62,000 nucleotides of DNA from Wallemia ichthyophaga EXF-994 (Eukaryota > Fungi > Basidiomycota). A program made the position numbers and the translations under genes. Below, one piece after another: positions 52,865-62,000 of the stretch. The notes below the pieces were generated by a model that searched no databases, had not been told where the DNA came from, and saw only the letters and a program-made list of their open reading frames with translations. The first letter of the stretch is position 1. Each line of letters opens with the position of its first letter. The stretch spans positions 206,001-268,000 of the forward strand of contig NW_008806276.1 of the NCBI RefSeq assembly GCF_000400465.1. Direction: 5' to 3'.

Positions 52865-55749
52865 ATGGACACCTCCCTAAACATATCAAATATAAATCGA
52901 TCAACTGTGAATTTAATCTCTGAAATCATAGACTCTGTTCCACGCGGTTCTCACTCTTTTCTCTCGTTATTCAATGCTTATAATCAAGTACTCGACGCGC
53001 ACGGAATTGATCAAAACGATGAAGTGGAATTGTATGATTTGCTATTGAAATTGGGTGTCGTTAGAGGACGCGATTGGTTTGAAAGGTGGCAAGCTATTGT
53101 GAATTCTGAGTATTCCGAGTATTCTGAGTTTTCTATTCATAATAGTCATAATATCCATAATAATCGCGATACTGTGTTTTTAGACCATAGCAGCTCACCC
53201 ACTTTATCCAATTCCTCTCATTCTCACTCTTCTCACTCTCATTCCACTTCCACTGCTGCACTGGCTGCTGATGCTAGACAAACTGACAAGGAATACCCTC
53301 CAATCCAATATGAGCACTCGTCTCATCGCTCACCTCAAACACTCCATGCACGCGCAATGGCTAGTGTTCACGCTCAGACTAATCGCGTTCGTCAGTCTCA
53401 ACTAGCACAGAGACGCCAAGAACATCAGCACCACCAACGCGCTCAACTTGCTCGCAAAAGGGAGCTCGACGAAGCGAGACAGCGAGCGGATGAAAATAAA
53501 GTCCTTAGAGAAATGGAAAGCGCTGCTGATGCTTTGCATAATCAAAACATTCTAACACGCACTTTCAACGCTTGGTTTGGACTGTTTAGGTGGATTCACG
53601 AGAGTAATGTGAAAGTAGAAACGGTACAACAATCTCGCATTCTCAGTACCTTCTTTCATAAATGGCAGTATGCACTCAACAGTCATGTCTTTGCTGCCAC
53701 CCACGTTGCAGTGTCGCACGACAATACCAGAATAACAAACGATACCCTCAAACTATGGAAAATTCGTCTAAGACACAGACTTCGCCACAGAAAGGAAAAT
53801 AGATTGCGCACGACATACGTAACTATACGTAAGGGTATTGCGAAGAGATTGATGGAAAAGGCTTGGCAGCTATGGCGGCAAGCAACCGATACGAGGAGGG
53901 CAGATATGAGGTATTCGTATGCGACAATGAGCGCGCATTTCAAGCAATGGAAGCAACGCACCATACAAGTACTCGAGAAGGACAGTCTTGTTGTTGAATT
54001 GGCTACTATTGCGAACGAGAGACGAGCAGCGAGGTTTTTGAATCGCTGGAAACAACGTTGCATTCTCCAAACCCGAGAAAGACAATATGAGGAGAGATGG
54101 CGGGGAGATGCGACGCGCACATACTTTGATGCGTGGAAATACAGAACTGATACCAATAAAGCAGCCGCAGCATGGCGAGATGCATCTGCAGTGCGCACTG
54201 CTTTCTACGCCTGGCAGCGGAAATTGTACACGGTACAGAAATTCACTGCTCTGGCTGATACCTTCTCGCAAGATAGACACGAAGCAATCAGGAGACAGAC
54301 TATACACCAGTGGCAACTCTCGCTCAAGTGCTTCACTTTCCACCTCTCACATATGCACACGCTCGGCCAGCTCGTCCTGCAGTACTGGTACAGCAAAATG
54401 CAAGATGTTCAGGAAAGAGAATTGGTGGCTGAAGAGTACCATTTCGTGCACATCCGGGAGTTGGGTGTAGGTCTGTTCGACAGGTGGAAGTCAAGATGGG
54501 GTGAGGTGCGCGTTAGGAATGGGCTGGCTGTCGAATTCAGGCAAGTGAACAGCCAGCATGTTGCATTGAAAAAGTGGATGCGTAACTACCAGCATAAACG
54601 GATGATGAACAGACGTGGATATGTGCTGCGACGGATGATCCAGAAGAAAAATGCTTTCTATGGATGGAGAATGGCTCTCAGTCGGAAGAGACAGGAAGAG
54701 TGGATAGGCAGACGCGAGCTGACTGTCAAGAAAGACAGCTGGAATGGTGGGTGGTGTGTTGCACCGAAAAACACTCCTGACACATCTACCCAGTGTGGAG
54801 AAACAGATTTGGCGTTCTATGTGACCTCAGAGCTCGAGAAGACCTTTTCAAAGCTGAGCGCACGCACAAGACACTCACATCGGCTGTGCTCCAGAAGTGG
54901 CTTCAGAGGACTATTGACAGCCGCGACGTGATGTATTCTGCCGACATGCTGCACGAGCGGAAGAGAAAGAAGTGGGTGTACTTCCTCTAGCTTTTTAGAA
55001 TTGGTGAGGAGATTCTGTGTGCATTCTAACACAAACCCAGGTCTGTTATGCAGCAGTGGCGAGCCAAGAACACAGCCGTGCAGGGTCTGCACAGCGCCGG
55101 TGCGGCGTACCGGGAGGCGAAAGAAGAGAGTGAGTGGAGTGTTAGAGGGGAGCGAGGAGAGCACAGTCTAACGCAGCGCCCAACAGACACCCGTCGCGGC
55201 ATGCTGGCGAGATGGCAGCGTCGAACGCAGTTGGGAGTGGAACAGAGCAGAAAGTGTGAGCAATTCCTCTCACGACGCTTAACGCGCACGAAACGCACAG
55301 CATTCGAGGCGTGGTACGACCAGATAAAGACACTAGAACTGGAAGCGGTAGAGACGGAGATGCTGATACTGCGTCGGGAGCGGATGCTGCATGCGGGACT
55401 AGCGCGGTGGATGAGCGTTTGTGCTGCACTACCTGCTGTGCGTCATTACAATACCTCTCTCAAGACGCGCACATTGCGCTTGTGGAATGCCCAGCTGCCA
55501 TCGGCACGTAATGCTCGGCTAGCTGCTCATATCAGTCGCAGAGAGTCGCTCACCAAGTGGCTCGGCATGTGGAGAGATAACGTACAGATTAAACGCTCCA
55601 GACGCGCCATTGCACGCGCTAGGACTCTCGGGAAAAGGCCATCGGCGAGTAGACTGAAACAGGCGGCGGCGAGAGCGGAAGCGAGCGCGACACCGTCGCC
55701 TGAGCTGGGAATACGGAGGCCGTTTAGCAGAGTAAATCGAGTGTATTGA
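52865..55749 (+). CDS. SFI1: Sfi1-family centrin-binding spindle pole body protein (multi-exon)
   Basis: Many regularly spaced F/L..W basic helical repeats (TFNAW, FFHKW, LKLW, KAWQLW, HFKQW, FLNRW, YFDAW, AFYAW, LFDRW, ALKKW). Confidence 0.8.
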
Positions 55750-56058
55750 AATAGTGAAATAAAAATTCATGTCCTTTTTCTCTGGTTTCTGAACCGAGAA
55801 GACTTTCTTCAGCTCGGCCATCACATAATTGCACAGCGCGAAAATGGCTGTGGAGTTCTGAATGTCCGGCAGAGTGACAGCGTCAATTAGAGCAGGCGCG
55901 GTATTTTAGATTGCCGCATCTGTGTCAAATGACGCATAAATTTGTTTTGTAAGATAAACTTTAAAGGATGTATGAGCCTTGTATGTGGTATAAAAACAGC
56001 CACATAGCCCCAAACACACACAAACTGCACGAATCACGCGTGTTTACCGCCTTCTTCC

Positions 56059-57279
56059 ATGTTCATAGCTTCGAGACACCTTCCACCGATAAAACCGGGT
56101 CGAATTCCCTCGATAGAGGATTTGGAGCGGGTAATTAACAGCCTCAGGGCTATATACACGTCGACAGTGGCAGGGATAAAGGTATCCAACCCGACACAAG
56201 GCGTGGATGGGTGGTCGTCGATACATGCCAACGACGATGGCGAGAATGTCTACGCATCGGACACGCGTGTGCAGTACGCGGCGGAGAACGAAGACGACAG
56301 CTTCGAGAGGAAGTGGTCGAGCAACTGGCTGACGCGATTGATAGCCCTAAGCGAGGAGTGGCTGGGTGAGGTTGAAGCGGGAGAGGGAGACGAGACGACG
56401 GAGGCTTACAGAGAGAGAGAGAGAGTCGTAGAAATGGCTGCAGCGGCTCTGGCGTGTGTTGCGGGCATGTCTGGTGAGTTGATGTATTCTTGCATATTGC
56501 AAATTGCATTTGAAAAAGCAACAAGGCTAACGCGCTTACTCTACACTCGTTAACCTACAGCCGCTGGTCCCATCGATCGCACATTCAATTTCATCGGCCG
56601 GGATGCCACACCATTCGAGATAGTGATGCACGACAACACAGTCAACGGCCACGAGGATGTCGGCGCTCAGACTTGGGGAGCCGCCGTGCACCTGTCGCGG
56701 CTGGTATGTCGCTACCCTGACCATTTCGGCGTGCGCGACGGGAGTCGTTTGCTGGAAGTAGGTGCGGGTACGGGATTGGTGGGAATTGCGTGCGCGCAAA
56801 TGGCGTCGCAGCTGGATTACAAGCGTACACAAGTCGTTCTAAGCGACTACCTAAGCGACATAATAGCGAATCTGCGCAGGAATGTCCAAGTGAATCGCAC
56901 AAGCACACCTACACACGTTACACATCTCGATTGGAATAGCAGTGATAGTGAGAGTGCGTTAGGCACGTTCGATACAATGTTCGGTGCAGATGTCTGCTAC
57001 GACCTCAGCCACGCTTACATGCTGCACAACGCAGCTGCTCAGCTGCTGTCGAAGCAGGGCACTTTCCACGTCCTCATCGCTCTCCGTAAGACACATGTAG
57101 GGATGAAGGAGAGCGTCGAGGATGCTTTCAGCGGTCGGTTCATTCAACCAGACGGGGATGCGTTGTGTATAGACAATACAGACCTCTTTGATGTGGAGAA
57201 AGGTCTCGGCAGAGCTGATGAGCTTGGTTACGCTCGTTTCGAGATAAAGTGGAAATCGCAAATTTCTACCTCAACCTGA
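56059..57279 (+). CDS. METTL21-family protein-lysine methyltransferase (Efm2-like; 2 exons)
   Basis: DVGAQTWGAAVHLS, LLEVGAGTGLVG, VVLSDY, HLDW, FGADVCYD. Confidence 0.88.
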
Positions 57280-57418
57280 AAACAACAGCTGCGGTAACGC
57301 GAGCAGCGCGATGTATGCTACTATAGACACACCATGTAGACCACCTCTTTAAATTTATGTTTGTGAAAGTTTTTACAATTTGCGCTGTTTACCGCCTTCT
57401 TTCAACACCTCCAGCTTG

Positions 57419-58608
57419 ATGTCATCGGCAGCTAGAAATCTCGCGACAAAGACGCTCCGTGGGTGTAGATAGCGTGTAGGATGCCCAGCTAACACCGCAC
57501 AGGCTTCGGGATGCTCCCGGCGGATGGAATCGGCCATGAAGTGCTTCCTGTAGGCGGAGAAGGAGAGGGAAGGAAAGAAGCGTGCTGACACAACCTTCAG
57601 CCAGCACAGAGAGTGCTTGAGGAGCTTTCATCGAGGAAAACCCTCCCTAAGCTCGAGTTCATCCCGCTCAACGCAGGATTCGAGTATTTCAGAAGAGCAG
57701 GCGTTGCACTGCCGGATGAGACGATAGAGGTAATGAAAAACGACGTCGACGGCGCTATCTTTGGCAGTGTATCGAGCCCATCGCACAAGGTAACGGGTTA
57801 CTCGTCACCAATCGTCGCATTGCGCAAGCACCTCGACTTGTACGCCAACATCAGACCAGTGTCGACCGTGGATGGGAAAGTAGACATGGTGACAGTGAGA
57901 GAGAACACGGAGTGTCTTTATATCAAGAAAGAGGAGCTGGACACGCTGGGTGACGGGTCAAAGGTGGCTAGAGCTACCCGCCAAATAACCCAGAATGCGT
58001 CTGAAAGGATCGGGAAGCTTGCTTTCGAGATAGCGTTGAAGAGGGACAAGGTCAGACAGTCACAGTCGCAGTGTAGCTCACCTCACACAGAGCCAAGCGT
58101 CTGGTCGATACACAAATCCAACGTATTGAGCGTTACGGATGGATTGTTCAGGGAGTCGATCAAGGCGGCCCACAAGTCTGATGAGAGGTTTAGCAAGGTG
58201 AAGCTGGTTGAGCAGCTGGTCGATTCATTCGTTTATAGAATGTTCAGGGAGCCACAGCTGTTCGATGTCTGTGTTGCGCCTAATCTCTACGGAGACATTA
58301 TATCAGATGGGGCAGCAGCACTGGTTGGGAGTCTCGGAGTCGTGCCATCGATAAACGCGAATGATACGTTTGCAATGGCAGAACCCGTGCACGGATCAGC
58401 ACCGGACATTGCAGGGAAGAATATCGCGAACCCAATAGCATCGATTAGATCAGCAGCGCTTATGATCGAGCATATGGGGTACTCGGAGGCAGCAGCAGGG
58501 ATTTACAGAGCAGTGGATGAGGTTTTGAAGGGGGACAAGGTGACACCGGATCTGGGTGGCAAGGCAACGACGACGGATGTGGAAGAGGCGGTGCTTAGAG
58601 CGTTGTAA
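57419..58608 (+). CDS. LYS12: Homoisocitrate dehydrogenase (3 exons)
   Basis: Spliced LRFGMLPADGIGHEVLP; GSVSSPSHKVTGYSSPIVALRK, VRENTECLY, IHKSNVLSVTDGLF, PNLYGDI, EPVHGSAPDIAG. Confidence 0.95.
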
Positions 58609-58631
58609 GGGAATAAATGTGTTTATCGGGC

Positions 58632-59051
58632 TCAACCGAGGAAAGAAATAGCGCAAAAGTGGAGGAGAAGCGAGGCAAAGACAAAGTCAGCGAATGATCT
58701 TGAGAGGGAGTTAAATGGTTAAATGGAACAACGCGTAACCCACCTCTCTGGGGATATTTGAGTGAAATGATGTGCGTTGGATGGATTTGATTGGATTCTG
58801 AGGTTCACGGTGAGGATGAACTGTCCAACCTTTGAAATGAAGCTGAGTGATTGTGAGGTGCTTTCGCCGTATAAAATCCCAACTCACCTTCCCAAGAAGG
58901 CGTTGTACGGTGTGTTATCGATACACAGCGCATAGACGAATTCCAAGACAGCGGAAAGGCATAACACGAGTAAGAAGGAATCCAATAGCTTGTATTGGCT
59001 CGGCGTTTTGTTGTTGTAGCTGTGCAGTAAATTACCAATTATACTCGTCAT
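58632..59051 (-). CDS. OST2: Oligosaccharyltransferase subunit Ost2/DAD1 (3 exons; not correctly represented in the ORF track)
   Basis: Manual splice: MTSIIGNLLHSY...YKLLDSFLL...PYNAFLG|SFISKVGQFILTVNLRIQ...ISPE|RSFADFVFASLLLHF...FLG*. Confidence 0.93.
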
Positions 59052-59075
59052 GGCGGTTCCTCACCAACACCCAAC

Positions 59076-59720
59076 ATGAATATCGTTGTCTTAATCTCTG
59101 GCTCTGGTTCAAATTTACAAGCGATTCTCGATTCTCTGCCGCATCAGCATTCTTCTACGCCGCTAGGAACTCCCGCTCATCTCCACTTGCCTCCTTCTGT
59201 AAACGTTAAGGCGGTAATATCAAACAAGTCAAATGTATTTGGTTTAGAAAGGGCTAAACGCTGTGATCCTCCTATCCCCACCCAAGTCCTCGCCCTCAAA
59301 ACATTCCTCAATCGAAACCCAGGTTCAAGTAGACAAGACTGGGAAATTGAACTCAGTAACATGGTAAACTCACACAAACCTGACCTCATCGTCTTGGCTG
59401 GCTTCATGATGATCCTTTCCCCTGCTTTCCTCAACAATATCCACCAAAAACCAATCATTAACCTCCATCCTGCCCTTCCCGGGGCCTTTGACGGTGCACA
59501 CGCAATTGAGAGGGCTTACGATGCCTTCAAACAAGGTCACATATCCAAAACTGGCTGCATGGTCCACTACGTCATCCCCCAAGTCGACCGTGGTGAGCCT
59601 ATTGTCGTTGCAGACGTGGACATACACAAACAAGACACGCTTGAATCTATGGAAAACAGAATACACGAGACTGAATGGCGGATTATCATTCAAGCCGTGA
59701 AAAAAGTTTTGAATGTCTAG
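59076..59720 (+). CDS. ADE8: Phosphoribosylglycinamide formyltransferase (intronless)
   Basis: IVVLISGSGSNLQA, LIVLAGFM, IINLHPALPGAFDG, TGCMVHYV...VDRG. Confidence 0.97.
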   Translation: MNIVVLISGSGSNLQAILDSLPHQHSSTPLGTPAHLHLPPSVNVKAVISNKSNVFGLERAKRCDPPIPTQVLALKTFLNRNPGSSRQDWEIELSNMVNSHKPDLIVLAGFMMILSPAFLNNIHQKPIINLHPALPGAFDGAHAIERAYDAFKQGHISKTGCMVHYVIPQVDRGEPIVVADVDIHKQDTLESMENRIHETEWRIIIQAVKKVLNV

Positions 59721-61087
59721 CACCGATACACACTTTCTCCCTTGACATATGTCGCCTTAACCTTCCCAGTGTATCTATCGACTATCACCAAATCCCCGTC
59801 TGAGCCTACATCTAAATTGCCTTTGTGTGTCAACTGAAGGAGTGATGCTGGGTGGTAGGAAGCGCATGCGAGTGCCCCACCGAAACACCTCGAGTTTGTG
59901 AATGACTTGAGATTCCTAACACATTCATCTAGCGTGCTAGCGCTTCCAGCGAGCGTGGTAGTGTTCTCCAAATACAGTCTAGCGCCCTGCTTGAATAGTC
60001 TCCTGCCATCGCGCCAGTCGTGGATACCGTCGCCGAGATGGGGGTCCATAAGGGGCATAGCGTCAGTTACGAGGATACACCCACTTGGATGAGCGTCATA
60101 AGCCAATCTTACAGCATTCGGATGAACATGCACGCCATCGACGATCAGCCCATAAAACGGCCTTTTCGGCTGATTGCCGAGCAAACCGATAACGCCGGGG
60201 TCACGGTGGTGCAGCTGCGGCATAGCGTTGAAAAGGTGCGTGATAAACCGCGCTCCGTCGTCCACACACTTACTCGCCAGGTCCACATCTGCATCTGAAT
60301 GTCCGATCGAGACGACAACGCCGGGCAGCTGCGCGAGAGGCGCAATTGCCCCAGCTATCCCATCCACATCTGGAGCTAGGGTGAGCAGCTTCACGCCGCT
60401 GTCGGGTGTACGCAGCTGCGTCGCTGCACTGTCATAAACTCCCTCGATCGAACTCAAACCCCGCGGCGCTGTGAGGAGGAACGGCGGCGCATGCGCTCCT
60501 TTTCGCGATCCTGCTATAAATGGCCCTTCGGCATGGTAGCCGAGGATGTGCGCTGAGTTTGCCTGCGAGCGTGGTCCAAGTAGCGGGATAATCTGGTGTG
60601 TTGGTGTTGGTGTTAGCGGCTTTCATCTTGGCGTAATCACTGTCTCCCACCTCCCGGTACAGATCTTGCTGCTGGGTTATTATCGTTGGCAGAAATGACG
60701 TCGTTCCGGTCTCAACTATCTTTCCAGCCACCCTGTCCAGCCCGGCGAGATACGCGTCCGTTTGCTCGTGCTTGCTCAAATTCTCAGTACCCAGTGGCGG
60801 CCACAGGCTGAAATCGAACCCATAAGCACCATTTATCTGGACATCTATCAACCCTGGCGAGAGTATATCACCAGCGCAATCGATTATTTGTGAAGGAAGC
60901 TCTTGGGCAGCGTAGAAAAAATCCTGTCCTGAGATGATTTTGCCCGTGTGCGTATCGACGTAGACATCCGCGTGGGCTAGCTGTGTGTTTGTGGTTAGTC
61001 GGGCGTGCTCTGCTCTACAATCACTATCACACCCACACTGCCATCACGTTGTAGACACACGCAGTTGGTGAACTTTGTTACTTTCAT
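59717..61087 (-). CDS. DAC1: N-acetylglucosamine-6-phosphate deacetylase NagA (multi-exon)
   Basis: PGLIDVQING, YHAEGPF, SIGHS, ITHLFNAM, IVDGVHVHP, LVTDAM, TLAGS. Confidence 0.96.
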
Positions 61088-61324
61088 TTCGTAGCTTCGA
61101 TTAGTTATCTTTATAGTTGTCACTATCGTTCACGTTCTCCTTTTCCTTCTCGTTCTCGGCCAACACGCTTAATGCGGCGTAAATGTGTTAATTTCTGATG
61201 ATGACGTCGTACGCTCCTCGCTGTTTTCGCCGGATGCGGTAAGATCTGATGAGCGAGTTTCGGTGGGGTTTTAATTGAATAACTGACGCGCGCTTTCTTT
61301 ACCAAGTAACATTCAACGACACAA

Positions 61325-62000
61325 ATGAGACTGATCATCCGCGACGATAAGCCAGCTGTTGGAGGTTTCACAGCCAACTACATAGCTAAGCGCATAAACG
61401 AGTTCCAGCCAACAAACGATCACCCGCGCTTCGTGCTTGGTTTGCCGACGGGCAGCTCACCACTGCCTGTCTACCACAAACTGATCGACCTGCACAACCG
61501 CGGAAAGGTCTCATTCAAGCATGTCATCACATTCAACATGGATGAGTATGTTGGTATTCCCAAGTCGCATCCTGAATCGTACCACTCGTTCATGTTTGAC
61601 AATTTTTTCAGCAAGGTGGATATAGAGTGAGTAGTCTCTCGAGAGTGTATTCACGTGATTTACAGCTTTACTAACAAGAAACACCGCGTAGACCACACAA
61701 CGCTCACATCCTCGACGGTGAAGCGGAGAATCTGGTAGAAGAGTGTGCGCGCTACGAAGAGAAGATCGAGGCTGTTGGCGGAATAGATCTGTTTTTAGGT
61801 GGAATAGGTGAAGATGGTCACATTGCATTCAATGAGCCTGGTTCATCGCTCGCTTCGCGCACGCGCATGAAAACATTGGCCTACGACACCATCGTTGCCA
61901 ATGCGCGTTTCTTCGACAACGATATAGCCAAAGTACCCAAGATGGCTCTCACAGTGGGCATAGCGACGGTGATGGATGCACGTGAGGTTATAATCGTAAT
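61325..62000 (+). CDS. NAG1: Glucosamine-6-phosphate deaminase NagB, 5' part; runs off the right edge
   Basis: [58 protein letters not shown]. Confidence 0.97.

Noticed and set aside
57373-57591. Minus-strand 72-aa ORF that looks protein-like
   Set aside because: It is the antisense shadow of LYS12 exons 1-2 (MSSAARNLATKTLR|FGMLPADGIGHEVLP).
61318-61326. GACACAAAT resembling an Ndt80/Ron1 site near NAG1
   Set aside because: It overlaps the NAG1 ATG itself, so it is more simply the start-codon context.

Overview
Gene-dense eukaryotic DNA from a compact fungal genome. The short GT-AG introns (~45-70 nt) and basidiomycete-type proteins suggest Wallemia, but that is an inference. By splicing the ORF track by hand I can support about 33 protein-coding genes and one intron-containing tRNA-Arg(TCT). 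Most are housekeeping genes: CTNNBL1, VMA21, RRP36, RNA14, NAS6, HOM2, SAM synthetase, CPS1, SRP54, PUT2, CNB1, MSS1, RPL1, SPB1, APM3, MTG1, NOP7, NOB1, GPI14, a Sid1/GCK kinase, EMC8/9, MXR1, TAF13, SFI1, LYS12, OST2 and ADE8. The right end holds a DAC1-NAG1 GlcNAc-catabolism pair. OST2/DAD1 and a STEEP1/CXorf56 homologue only become recognisable after splicing. I found no intact transposon, CRISPR array or rRNA. The most notable observations are: (1) six head-to-head pairs with 24-67 bp between ATGs, co-directional runs with gaps as small as 29-44 bp, and overlapping stop codons; (2) a HOM2/SAM synthetase divergent pair with a Gcn4-type site inside the SAM coding sequence and an odd SAM intron whose better-looking splice sites give premature stops; (3) a CBM48-like protein with LEA-like 11/18-mer repeats; (4) an inverted, internally deleted copy of the CPS1 3' end lying upstream of CPS1, at the edge of a ~2 kb region of decayed ORFs. 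I cannot claim a proven novel system. All family assignments come from motif recognition without database searches, and exon boundaries are manual.
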